A stretch of 64,000 nt of DNA from Isurus oxyrinchus (Eukaryota): positions 124,001-188,000 of the forward strand of contig JANJGN010000385.1 of the NCBI GenBank assembly GCA_026770705.1, in the 5' to 3' direction. A model generated the notes under the pieces. It was not told where the DNA came from. It saw nothing but the letters and a program-made list of their open reading frames with translations, and made no database searches. Of the stretch, positions 1 through 13,200 are shown one piece after another (the first letter of the stretch is position 1; every line of letters starts with the position of its first letter). The position numbers and the translations under genes are program-made.

Positions 1-1092
1 TGTTCCTGTGTAGCAGGTTCGAGGGGGCTGAATGACCTCCTCCTGTTCCTATTCAATGGGCAGTCAAAGCATGTGTCTGATTTTGGACATCGAACCCAAT
101 TCTGTCCTCAGGACACTGATAGAGGGAGAGACCAGTTATAGATCAATGCAGGAGGATTATTTATTTTCCCAATCTTTGATCCAAGCATCTCATCAAACAC
201 AGAGCGGAATACTGATCAAGGATGTTGGTCTCTGTAATCTGTAACACATCGCACAGTCCACCCATCCACTCAGCCTTCAGGATGGATGCTAAATGTACTC
301 TCCAAGTGTGAAGGACTAAAATTGTGGTTTATTGCAGCTATATCTCATTCTGTTATCAAAGCTGTCTCATCCATCCATGACATATTGAAGAAGATAAACC
401 TGCAACCAAATTTTCACATCATAATTTCCAATGTTCATTGGCAATATCAATGTAAACATGTCACGTTGTACTGATGAACTCCCATCATTGGTGGCACTGT
501 AGCACATGTTATCTTCTAAGCTGCAGAGAATTTCTCAAATCTCCAATCAAATTGTATCCCAGATTGTTGTTCGTTTCGCTGTTTAACAATGAAGTGTAAA
601 ATCCAAATATATTTCTGAAAATACATTTGACTACAAAATGGTGTAAATTTTACCAATCTCCTCTGTTCCAATTATCCACCGATCCTGCATTTCCTGAAGT
701 CTGCACTGGCTGATGAATATTCTAAACACTGACAGACAGGAAGGTGAATAACAGAATGAAAATTAACTCTTAATCACGGACACGGGATTGAATTTGTCCG
801 TTATGTCCTGGTACATCATCGAACGATATCTAAAGACATTTACAATCAGAATGGAGAGAAGGATGTTTCCAACAGTGAGGGACAATTCTGAAGGAGGATG
901 TTCGAATTGAAACCCACAGACAATCATCCTGGATAGATCATTCCGAAGAAATTCCATCAGATTGTAACAAGAGGTTTAAATCTATTTCCTGGGAGTGAGT
1001 TCCTGTGGATATTAGGAAGGTAAATTGGAGTTTTGAATGATTCTCCCATTCTGTATTCTCCCCACACTGTGTGTGTCTCATTCTTGCTCTGT

Positions 1093-1209
1093 TTATAAAT
1101 TCCCATAAACAGAATCCTTGGCAAAATCACAGTTTGCGTAAAGATCATCATCTGTATCAGGATTGACTCCGCGGTTAGATTTCATTTCCAGATCCTTCTC
1201 ATCTTTCTT
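1093..1209 (-). CDS. Terminal cytoplasmic exon with DLYANC and SVYGNL (ITIM consensus)
   Basis: tctattacag| KKDEKDLEMKSNRGVNPDTDDDLYANCDFAKDSVYGNL*; candidate minus-strand AATAAA at 328-333. Confidence 0.7.
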   Translation of the reverse strand, partial: KKDEKDLEMKSNRGVNPDTDDDLYANCDFAKDSVYGNL

Positions 1210-1304
1210 CTGTAATAGAAACAGAAATGATCAGAGTGACAATCAGAGTGATCAGTGTTTAGTATTATTGATCCAAATCGAAAATTCCACCCACAATACA
1301 TACA

Positions 1305-2600
1305 TTAATTATTGACACTGAACAGGGTTTGATTATTGACACTGAATGGGGTTTGATTATTGATACTGAACAGGGTTTGATTATTGATACTGAACGGGGT
1401 TTGATTATTAATATTGAACGGGGTTCGATTATTGATACTGAACGGGGTTTGATTATTGATACTGAACGGGGTTTGATTATTGATACTGAACGGGGTTTGA
1501 TTATTGATACTGAATGGGATTTGTTTATTGATTCTGAACGGGGTTTGATTATTGATACTGAACGGGGTTTGATTATTGATACTGAACGGGGTTTGATTAT
1601 TAATACTGAACGGGGTTTGATTATTGTTACTGAATGGGGTTTGATTATTGACACTGAACGGGGGTTGATTATTGATACTGAACGGGGTTTGATTATTGAT
1701 ACTGAACGGGGGTTGATTATTGATACTGATCGGGGGTTGATTATTGATACTGAACGGGGATTGATTATTGACACTGAACGGGGTTTGATTATTGATTCTG
1801 AACGGGGTTTGATTATTGAAACTGTACGGGGTTTGATTATTGATTATGAACGAGTTTTGATTATTGATACTGAACGGGGTTTGATTATTGACACTGAACG
1901 GGGTTTGATTATTGATTCTGAACGGGGTTTGATTATTGATACTGTACGGGGTTTGATTATTGATTATGAACGGGTTTTGATTATTGATACTGAACGGGGT
2001 TTGATTATTGATTATGAACGGGTTTTGATTATTGACACTGAACAGGGTTTGATTATTTATACTGAACGGTGTTTGATTATTGATCCTGAACGGAGTTTGA
2101 TTATTGATCCTGAAAGGGGTTTGATTATTGATACTGAACTGGGTTTGATTATTGATACTGAACTGGGTTTGATTATTGATTCTGAAAGGAGTTTGATTAT
2201 TGATACTGAATGGGGTTTGATTATTGACATTGAACGGGGTTTGATTATTGATTCTAAACGGTGTTTGATTATTGAACCTGAACGGAGTTTGATTATTGAT
2301 ACTGAACGGGGTTTGTTTATTGATTCTGAACAGTGTTTGATTATTGATTCTGAAAGGGGTTTGATTATTGATACTGAACGGGGTTTGATTATTGATTCTG
2401 AACGGTGTTTGATTATTAATTCTGAACGGGGTTTGATTATTGATTCTGAACGGGGTTTGATTATTGATACTGAACGGGGTTTGATTATTGATTCTGAACG
2501 GGGTGTGATTATTGATACTGAACGGGGTTTGATTATTGATACTGAACGGGGTTTGATTATTGATACTGATCGGGGTTTGATTATTGATTCTGAACGGTGT
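1305..2600. repeat. 24-bp minisatellite (TGATACTGAACGGGGTTTGATTAT), ~54 copies
   Basis: Period 24 seen directly; explains the IIDTERGL / INNQTPFS / SIIKPRSV ORFs. Confidence 0.97.
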
Positions 2601-2730
2601 TGGGTGTGAGTTTGGTTGGGTTTGGGAGTGACTGTATAAAACATTGCAGATACAGGACTGGAGCAGCCATATCAATAACCAGGCTACTGGAGCAGCTGAG
2701 AGGCTGGGGATCCTGTGGTGTGTGACTCAC

Positions 2731-2835
2731 CTGATTCCTCAAAGCCCAACCACGCTCACAGTTTTCATAAACAGGACCTCGATATTCATCAACACGATGG
2801 TTCGATTTGATTCCTGCTTTCACCTCGCCTCTCTT
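2731..2835 (-). CDS. Cytoplasmic exon with YENC motif (gene A or remnant of another paralog)
   Basis: tctattacag| KRGEVKAGIKSNHRVDEYRGPVYENCERGWALRNQ |gtgagt; 105 nt, phase 0-0. Confidence 0.6.
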
Positions 2836-3180
2836 CTGTAATAGAGATGGAAATGGACAGAGTGACTATCAACATGATGTGTATTCGGTGTTGGGTTTGA
2901 TTATTGGGGAGAGAGTTCCAGATTTCCACTCCCCTTTGTGTGAAGAAGTGCTTCCTGACATCACCCCTGAACGGCCTGGCTCCAATCTGAAGTTCCAGCC
3001 CCCTTGTTCTAGACTCCACCCGACCCCCACCACCCACCCCCACCCGAGGGAATAGCTTCTCTCTATCGACCCTATCGAGTGTTTAATCAGTTTGAACCCC
3101 TCAGTTACATCACTCCTTTAATCTTCTAGACCTGAGGGAATATAATCGTAGACTGTGTGTAACCTGTCTGCATAATTTAA

Positions 3181-3600
3181 CCAGAAAGATGTTCTGTACA
3201 ACAGACCTGAGCCTCACACCCAGATCTCAATAATCTGTAGAAATCTTTCAAAGGCATCAATCATTGGAATCTGATTATATATAAAGTCACAACATTAACA
3301 AAGGACGGTGTTGGTGGTGGAAGTGAATTCCAATCGTTCCGTTACTTACCCAGTACCTGTCCAACTGCTCGCCTGGGGAGGAACTGCCCACACGCTCTGC
3401 TTGGGCTGAATGACCTCTTCCTGTGCTGCTCCCTCTGTGTATTTAATGAGAAAGGGTTGATGTGTCTCTGTGAGTAAAATCAGGAATTGGGGAACAATTG
3501 TGAAAACCCTTTCACTGAAACGTAGGGCCTTAGTGTTGTGTTGTAAACAAACTGTTAACCCTTTGTGTCCTGACTCTGTGACGTGATTCCTGTGTAAAGC
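3181..3600 (-). promoter_or_regulatory. Orphan copy of promoter/exon 1 plus 5' part of intron 1, without a leader exon
   Basis: Near-identical to 15555-15900; donor GTAAGT at ~3349 is intact. Confidence 0.6.
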
Positions 3601-3719
3601 TGAGCAGTCGTTGAGCGAGTTTCAATTCACTGCTCAATCCAGCTGTTGAGGTGGATCTTCTGAAGGAGCAGATGTTGCTCAGCGCTCCTTAAAAATGTGA
3701 GAGACTGAACAACGTGTAG

Positions 3720-3880
3720 GAGGATGAGAGAGAGAATGAGAAGGAGAGCATTAGTGGAGATTGGAGAGAGAGTGAATGAGAGAGAGAATGAGAAGGAGAG
3801 CATTAGTGGAGATAAGAGAGAGTGAATGAGAGAGAGAATGAGAAGGAGAGCATTAGTGGAGATAAGAGAGAGTGAATGAA
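3720..3880. repeat. GA-rich ~51-bp tandem repeat, ~3 copies
   Basis: gagagagaatgagaaggagagcattagtggagat repeated. Confidence 0.8.
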
Positions 3881-4188
3881 ACATGGAAAGAGGAAAGAGA
3901 TTGCATTCACTAACAAAAGAAAGGTTTTCATTTATATAGCTCCTTTCACATCCTCAGTAGGTCACAAGGTATCTTATGGTCCGGGTCAACACTGCCTGTT
4001 ACAGGACTGAGTTGTGAAACAGTGAATGTTGGATGAGATGTTAAACAGTAGGTGAACATCAAAGCTCTTCAGGGGCTGTGAAGGGTTTTGGGTTGTGAAA
4101 GGTGCTATAGAAATGCAAGTTCTTTCTATAAGGAGAGAAGTTTGAAGAAAACATTTTCAAAAACAACCAATTAAACCTTCCCACTTAC

Positions 4189-4285
4189 TTTCTCACACAC
4201 TTGAAGATGAAGAATCCACTCAGTCCAACACTCAAACAGATTCCAGCTCCAAGCAATCCTGCTTTCCATTCATTGGAATCTCGCC
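4189..4285 (-). CDS. Gene A transmembrane exon
   Basis: ttttacag| RDSNEWKAGLLGAGICLSVGLSGFFIFKCVRK |gtaagt; 97 nt, paralog of 46688-46784; not in the ORF track. Confidence 0.85.
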
Positions 4286-7200
4286 CTGTAAAATCAGCCA
4301 ATGAATGACTCCGGTACAGTTTGAGAATGGTTCCCTGTGTACATGTAGTAATTCTGAACTTGTGAAGTGATATTGTCTATGCATGAAAGGTCTATACAAA
4401 TAACATTTATCTATGTAATATTTATTGATAATATCCATGTACATGCAGGTTTCTATAAGGAGGATTCACATATAACAGAGGTGCCAAGCTGCTGAGGTGA
4501 CACACAGGACTACATACACACCAAACAGCGGAAACAACATGCTATAGACAGAGCAAAGCGATCCCACAACCAACGGGTCAGATCTAAGCTCTGCAGTCCT
4601 GCCACATCCAGTCATGAATGGTGATGGACAATTAAAGATCTAACAGGAGGAGGATGTTCCACAAATATCCCCATCCTTAATGATGGGGGAGCTCAGCACA
4701 TCAGTGCAAACGACAAGGCTGAAGCATTGGCAACCATGTTCAGCCAGAAGTGCTGAGTGGATGATCCATCTCGGCCTCCTCCAGAGGGTCCCAGCATCAC
4801 AGATGTCAGCTTTCAGACAATTCGATTGACTCCACGTGACATCAGCAATTAGCTGATGATACTGGATACAGCAAAGGCTATTGGCCCTGGCAACAACCCA
4901 GCAACAGGAAATAATGTGGCTACAAGAGCGGGTAAGAGGCTGGGAACTCTGCGGTGAGTAACTCACCTCCTGACCCCCCAAAGCCTGTCCACCATCGACA
5001 AGGCACAAGTCAGGAGTGTGATGGAATAATCTCCAATTGCCTGAATAAGTGCAGCTCCAACAACACTCAAGAAGCTCGACACCATCCAGGAGCAGCTTGT
5101 TTGATCGACAGCCCATCCACCAGCATAAACATTCATACCCTCCACCACTGGCACACAATGGCAGCAGTGTGTGCACCATCTACAAGATGCACTGCAGCAA
5201 CTCACCAAGGCTCCTTCGACAGCACCTTCCAAACTCTTAACCTCTTCCACCAAGACAGTTCCAAGTCAGTGAGGTGTGTGATTTGGAAGCGAACTTGAGG
5301 TGGTGGTCTGCCCTGGGACTTGGAAATATATTGGCCGTTCTTTCACCATCACTGGGACAAAATCCTGGAACTCCCACCCTAACAGCACTGAGGGTGTACC
5401 TACACCACAGGGAATGTAGTGGTTAAAGAAGGCAGCTCACCACCACCTTCTCAAGGGGCAGTTACAGATGGGCAATAATTTCTGGTCTTGTCAACAATGC
5501 CCACATCCCATGAGCTAACAACAAGAGAACGTTCAATTCTGTGTAACTCACGTTCCACAGTGATGGTTATGAATCTCTCCACTGCTCCATGTTCATTCTC
5601 TGCCACACACTGATATTCTCCAGTGTCCCTGGATGTAACGTGAGGAATCACCAACCACAGCTCATTGTTGGAACTTGTTCTGTTCATTGGGACATTAAGA
5701 TGTTGCCACGTCAGGTTAGAAGCTGGGAAGCTCTCGACAGAGCAGATTATCACTGCAGAATTCCCCTCAATTATATTGATTGATGAAGCGTTAATCATAT
5801 CAAGAGAATTAATTGAGAGATTCTGTGGTGTGTCTGAAAACAAATAAAGATCATTACTTACATTGACTGTGAAACGCTTTGAGACACCCTGAGAATGTGA
5901 AAGGTGTGATATCAATGTAGGTTCCTTCACCACAAAGCACTTAATTCAGGCAGACAATTCAGTTCAGTAGTGAGGGAGTGCTGTGTTGTTGGAGGGTCAG
6001 TACTGATGGAGTGCTGCACTGTTGGAGGGTCAGTACTGAGGTAGTGCTGCACTGTCAGAGGGTCAGTACTGAGGGAGAGCTGCCCTCTTGGCGCGTGAGT
6101 ACTGATGACCTGCTGCACTGTTGGAGGGCAGGTACTGTGAAAGCTGCACTGCCGCATAGTCAGTACTGAGCAAGTACTTCACTGTCAGAGAATCAGTACT
6201 GAGGGAGTGCTGAACTGTTGGAGGATCAGTACTGAGGGAGTGCTGCACTGTTGGGGGATCAGAACCGCTTCACTGAGTTTCGGTTAAAACTGAACTGGAA
6301 CACACACTGTCAGAGGGTCAGTACTGAGGGAGTGCTGCACTGTTGGAGAATCAGTACTGAGGGAGTGCTGCACTGTCAGAGGATCAAATTATTTCTGATC
6401 CAAACCCCATATTGTTGTATTGTTGATTCCGATGCAGCATTGTAGACTGACTTGTCCCCAAGCTCAGCACTGACCCTACTCCAGCAGACCCTGTGAAACA
6501 CACTAACAAAGCGCCTCTCGCCTGAGCTCTGCATGTGTTGGAGGTGCCGCTGTGGTGGGTTCATGACCTTCACCATCCGCTTCACTGAGTTTCGGTTAAA
6601 ACTGAAATGGAACACAAACTAAACGCTGATGGAAACCATCACTTCCTCTTCTCCAACATGAAGAGTTTCAGCAGAAGAGGTAAACTGTTGCTGAAAAGGA
6701 ACTTTCTTCATCATATCACAGAATCATATAGAATAGCAGGAGGCCATTCATGCCATCTTGGCTGTGCTAGCTCTTTAAAAGAAGCACACAATTGGTTTCA
6801 ATCCACCTCTCTTCCCCCATCGTCCTTCAAATTCTTCCTGTTCCAGATTGAATCCAAATTCATGAATATAAATCCCCTCAGATGGGAGTAACCATCACTG
6901 AGCAGGCAGGTTAGGTTTTATTGTGCACAGCGAGTTGCTGTGATCTGGAAGGTGCTGCCTGAAAGGGCGGTGGAAGCAGATTCAATAGGATCTTTCAAAA
7001 TACTTGCAGAGTGTGAGAGAATGGGAGATTGGGACCAATTGGATATCTGTCCCAGGAGACCAGGACAGGGACAATGGGCTGAGTGGCCTCTTTCTGTGCT
7101 GTTTGATTCTGTGGTTTTCTAATATTTATCTGCACTGCAGATCAGAGACAAACAGGAAACAATAAACTTCTGACCTTTCCACCCAGGCTGAATTGTCATC

Positions 7201-10200
7201 TCTTTATTTTCAGCCAGTTTGCTTAATTCTTGTGGTTTGGTGGTGAAACTGTGCAGCAAGTGTGAGTGTTGGGTTGTAGATCTGTCTATTCTGACTGCTG
7301 CTGTGCTCATGGTGACTTCTCAATTACATGAGAGTCTCTGAGATCCTCCACACCCAAGGATTAAGGAGAGACTTCCAAAGATTCAGGACCCTGTACTGAA
7401 GAGGTGCTGCACTGTCAGAGGGTCAGTACTGAGGGAGTGCTGCACTGTCAGAGGGTCAGTACTGAGGGAGTGCTGCACTGTCAGAGGGTCAGTACTGAGG
7501 AAGTGCTGCACTGTCAGAGGGTCAGTACTGAGGGAGTGCTGCACTGTCAGAGAGTCAGTACTGAGGGAGTGCTGCACTGTCAGAGGGTCAGTACTGAGGG
7601 AGTGCTGCACTGTCAGAGGGTCAGTACTGAAGCAATGCTGCACTGTCAGAGGGTCAGTATTGAGGGAGTGCTGCACTGTCAGAGGGTCAGTACTGAGGGA
7701 GTGCTGCACTGTAAGAGAGTCAGTACTGAAGCAATGCTGCACTGTCAGAGGGTCAGTACTGAAGAGGGACCCTGAGAATGTGAAAGGTGTGATATCAATG
7801 TAGGTTCCTTCACCACAAAGCACTTAATTCAGGCAGACACTTCAGTTCAGTACTGAGGGAGTGCTGTATTGTTGGAGGGTCAGTACTGATGGAGTGCTGC
7901 ACTGTTGGAGGGTCAGTACTGAGGTAGTGCTGCACTGTGGGAGGGTCAGTACTGAGGGAGAGCTGCCCTCTTGGCGCGTGAGTACTGATGACCTGCTGCA
8001 CTGTTGGAGGGCAGGTACTGTGAAAGCTGCACTGCCGCATAGTCAGTACTGAGCAAGTACTTCACTGTCAGAGAATCAGTACTGAGGGAGTGCTGAACTG
8101 TTGGAGGATCAGTACTGAGGGAGTGCTGCACTGTTGGAGGATCAGGACTGAGGGAGTGGTGCACTGTCGGAGGGTCAGTACTGATGGACTGCTGCACTGT
8201 TGGAAGATCAGTACTGAGGGAGTGCTGCACTGTCGGAGGGTCAGTACTGATGGAGTGGTGCACTGTCAGAGGGTCAGTACTGAGGGAGTGCTGCACTGTT
8301 GGAGGGTCAGTACTGAGGGAGTGCTGCACTGTTGGAGGGTCAGTACTAGGGGAGTGTTGCACTGTTGGAGGGCCAGTACTGGAAGAGTGCTGCACTCTCG
8401 GAGGGTCAGTACTTAGGGAATGCTGCACTGTCGGAGGGTCAGTACTGAGGGAGTGCTGCACTGTCGGAGGGTCAGTAATTAGGGAGCTCTGCACTGTTGG
8501 AGGGTCAGTACTGAGGGAGTGCTGCACTGTTGGAGGGTCAATACTTAGGGAATGCTGCACTGCCAGAGGGTCAGTACTGAGGGAGTGCTGCACTGTTGGA
8601 GGGTCAGTAATTAGGGAGATCTGCACTGTCGGAGGGTGATAAGACCATAAGACCACAGGACGTCAGAGCAGAAGGAGGCCATTCGGCCAATCAACTCTGC
8701 TCCGCCATTCAATGACACCATGGCTGATCTGACAATCCTCAACTCCACTTTCCTGCCTCTTCCCCATAGCCTTTGATTCCCTGACTGATTAAAAAACTGT
8801 GTATCTCAGCCTTGAATATAATTAATGACCCAGCCTCTGCAGCTCTCTGCAGTAAAGAATTCCACACATTCACTACCCTCTGAGAGAAGAAACTCCTCAT
8901 CTCTGTCTTAAATGGGTGACCCCTTACTCTGAGATTATGCCCTCTGGTCCTAGACTCTCCCACAAGGGGAAACAACCTCTCAGCATCTACCCTGTCAAGC
9001 ACCCTAAGAATCTTATATGTTTCAATAAGGTCAGCTCTCATTCTCCTAAACTCCAATGAGTACAGGCCCATCCTACTCAACCTCTCCTCATATGAAAATC
9101 CCTCCATTACTGGGATCAACTTAGTGAACCTTCTCGGGACTGCCTCCAATGCCAGTACATCTTTCCTTAGATAAGGGAACCAAAACTGCTCACAGTATTC
9201 TAGGTGTGGTCTAACTAGTGCCTTGTATAGTTTTAGCAAGGCTTCCCTATTTTTATACTCCTTTCCCTTTGAAATAAAGGCCAACATTCCACCTGCCTTC
9301 CCTATTAACTGTTGAACTTGTATGTTATCTTTCTGATGACCCCCAAATTCCTCTATGCTTCAGCTTTCCAATGTCTTTCTCCATTGAAATAATATTCAGC
9401 TCCTCTATACATCCTGCCACAGTGCAGCAGCTCACATTTTCCCACATTATATTCCATCTGCCAAGTTGATGCCCACTCACTGAACCTGTCTATGTCCCTC
9501 TGTAGACTCTTTGTGACACCCTCACCACTTGCCTTCCCATCTATTTTTGTGCCATCCACAAACTTGGCGATAGTACATTAATTTCCCTCATCCAAGTCAT
9601 TAATTATATATTGTAAATAATTGTGGCCCCAGCACTGATCCCTGTGGCAATCCACAGGTTGCCATCCTGAAAATGCCCCCCTTATCCCAACTCTCTGACT
9701 TCTATTAGTTAGCCGATCCTCTATCCATGCTAATATACTGCCCCCAACACCATGGGCTCTTATCTTATTAAGTAGCCTTATATGTGGTACTTTACTGAAT
9801 GCCTTTTGGAAATCCAAATATATTACATCTACTGGTTCCCCTTTATCTATCCTGTTTGTTACCTCCTCAAAGAATTCTAATAAATTTGTCATGCATGATT
9901 TCCCCTTCATGAAGCCTGTGTTTGTTTAAATTATGCATTTCTAAATAGTCTGCTATTACATCCTTTATAATGGACTCTAACATGTTCCCAATGACAGATG
10001 TTAAGCTAACTGGCCTATAGTTACCTGTTTGTTGTCTCCCTCCCTTTTTGAATATGGGTGTTACTTTGGCAGATTTCCAATCCTCTGGGAGTTTCCCAGA
10101 ATCTAAGGATTCTTGGAAGATTAAAACCAGTACATCCACTATCTCTGCATCTACTTCCTTTAATATCCTAAGATGCAACCTATCAGGTCCAGGGGACCTA

Positions 10201-13200
10201 TCAGACTTGAGACCCATTAGTTTCGCTAGCGTTATTCTCTAGTGATAGTTATTGTATTTATTTCCTCTCCCCACCCCCCTTTTGCCCCTTGATTATTTAG
10301 TATTTTTGGAATGATATTAGTGTGTTCTACCGTGAAGACTGATGCAAAGTATTTATTCAACTCCTCTGTCATTTTCTGGTTCCCCATTATTATTTCCCCA
10401 GCCTAGTTCTCTAAGGGGCCTATGAACACTTTGGTCTCTCTCTCCCTTTTTATATATTTAAAGGAGCTTTTATTGTCCTTTTTTATATCAATTGCTAGTT
10501 TACCTAGTTTTCTCCCTCTTTATTTATTTTTTGGTCATCTTCTGTTGGTTTTTAAAACTCTCTCAATCCTCTGGCTTACCACTAATCTTTGTCGTGCTGC
10601 ATGTTTTTTCTTTCAATTTGACACACACCTTAACTTCTTTGGGTAACCCAGGTTGGTTTATTCTCTTCCTACAATCCTTCTTTCTCACTGGGATATATCG
10701 TTGTTGTGAGTCATGAGCTATTTTCTTAAACATCTGCTTTGTTCATCCAGCATCTTTTCTGCTAAACCCCTTTCCCAGTCCACTCCAGACAACCCTGTCC
10801 TTATTCCTTTGTAATTACACTTATTTAAGTCCAGCACAGTTGTTTCCGACCCAGGTTTCTCAGTCTCAGAGGGAATGCTAAATTCTACCAGGTTATGTTC
10901 ACTGTTTTCCACGGGATCATTTATTCTGAGATCATGTATGAAACCTGCCTCATTACACATTACCAGATCCAAAATAGCCTGATCCCTGGTTAGATCCACG
11001 ACATATTATTCCAGGAAACTGTCTTGAATACACTCTATGAATTCTTGCTCATGGCTACCTCTGCCAATTGGGTTTTCCCAATCTACATGAAGATTAATGT
11101 ACTGCCTTTTTTACATGCCCTCATTATCTCATGATTTATTCTCTGTCCTACAGCCGAGCTACAGTCATGGGGCTGATAGACCACTCCCACCAGTTCCTAC
11201 CTCCCCTTGTTATTCATTACCTCGAGCCATATGGATTCTATACCCTCCGATCCAAGATCATTTCTTGCTTTCGTACTTATTCCATCTCCTATTAACAAAG
11301 CTACCCCACCACCTTTCCTTCCTGCCTGTCTTTTTGAAAAGACACATACCCCTGAATATTTATTTCAAAGCTTTGATCTCCTTGTAACCATGTCTCCATA
11401 ATGGCTATAAGATCAAACCCATTAACCTCTATTTTTGCCTTTAATTCATTTATTTTGTTCCAAATACTATGTGCATTTAAGTCAAGAGCCATTAATTTTG
11501 TCTTTTTATCATTTTCCTCCCTCTGACTCTATTTGCTGATGTATTTTAATGTTTGGACACTGTGTACCCACCTGTCACACACTGGGTATCATCACCAAAA
11601 CAGCTATCCTGCAATGCTGGCAAATCCTTTTGCTTTGTAAGCCTACATATACCCTCTCCAGAACACTCTCCCCATCTATTTAGTTTAAAGGCAATACTGA
11701 GGGAGAGCAGCACTGTCAAAGGGTCATTACTGAGGGAGTGTTGCACTGTCAGTGGGTCAGGACTGAGGGAGTGCTGCACTGTCAGAGGGTCAGTACTGAG
11801 GGAGTGCTGCACTGTCAGAGGGTCAGTACTGAGGGAGTGCTGACTGTCAGAGGGTCAGTACTGAGGGAGTGTTGCATTGTCATAGGGTCAGTACTGAGGG
11901 AGTGCTGCACTGTCATAGGGTCAGTACTGAGGGAGTGCTGCACTGTCAGGGGGTGAGTACATTGCGATTCCTGCTCTGCTCTATCGGTCTCTTGGCTGGA
12001 AATAAAAGCCGCTGTGTTACTGTTCAGAAACTGTTATTAATTGTGTTCTGGTCACTATTTTCCCTAAAAAACAGATTATCTGATTCTCATCAGAATACCT
12101 TTCTATGGGATCCTGCTGTGCATTATCTACACTGTTCTAGCTAATGTAGAATGAAAGGTGTCCGTACTTACATTGCACAGTTAGTACGAGGGTCCGCTCC
12201 GATGAAACAGATGGATATCTCACTCTGCAGCAGAGAGTGTGTCCGTGGTGTTTGAGTGATGGGATCAGGGTCAGAACAGAAGTATAGGTCAGAGTGACAC
12301 CATGCTGAGTTACAGTGTTTGAGACGGATCCAGGTACGTCAGTGGGAGTGTCCCAGGTTAAGACAGGTGCTGCTGTTCCATTGCACGTTGTGTTGAAGGT
12401 GCAGCTTACATCCACACGCTTTCCTGCAATAATTTCAGCAGGGAATATCGTGGGTTTATCTGTGAAATCTAAGAGACAGAAAATGGATCTTTTTAGAGAA
12501 ATATAACGTGAAGCATCAGTTCAAATAGAAATCACAGTCCCACAAGAGAAAGCACTTTTACAAGGATGATATCAGAACTGAGAGGTTACAATGATCAGGA
12601 AAGATTTTCTTGCTCTTTGGCAGTTGTGTTTCTGTCTCTCAGCTTAATACACGTTCACTCCGAGACATGTGAATTGAGAACACTGGATGAGAGAAGAGGC
12701 TCAGACCAGAGATTGGAGTTAAAAGCAGAATACTGCGGATGCTGGAAATCTGAAACAAAAACAAAAATTGCTGGAAAGACTCAGCAGGTCTGACAGTATC
12801 AGTGGAGAGGAAGACAGAGTTAACGTTTCGAGTCCGTATGACTCTTCATCAGACCAGAGGTTTGAGTTCACTGGCTTCTCATTTCCTCAGTGATCTGGGT
12901 GATTTATCACCTTGTGGTTTGTTGGATCTTGCTGTGCACAAACTGCCTGCTGTGTTTAACATCTGTGACCACAATTCAGGAATAATTTCATTGGCTGTGA
13001 AGGGATTTGGATCCACCTGAGGTGGTAAATTGCGCTGCAGAAATGCACATCTTTCTTTTATCGATACGTCAGACTTTTAAACAGGACAGGAGAGATTGAT
13101 GGGAGTGGATAACCTGATAATACAGTTAATGCTTTTCGTTATTGATATTAAAGTGAGTATTAGAGGTTGCTTTAGGACTGAACCGGAAGCTATCACCAGG

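Noticed and set aside
1265-2675. Long ORFs of 169-456 aa
   Set aside because: Translations of the 24-bp minisatellite in several frames and on both strands
7383-8656. STEGVLHC / TVQHSLSTDP / ECCTV repeat ORFs (also 35.5-37.4 kb and 50.0-50.7 kb)
   Set aside because: 33-bp minisatellite, open by chance because the unit is a multiple of 3
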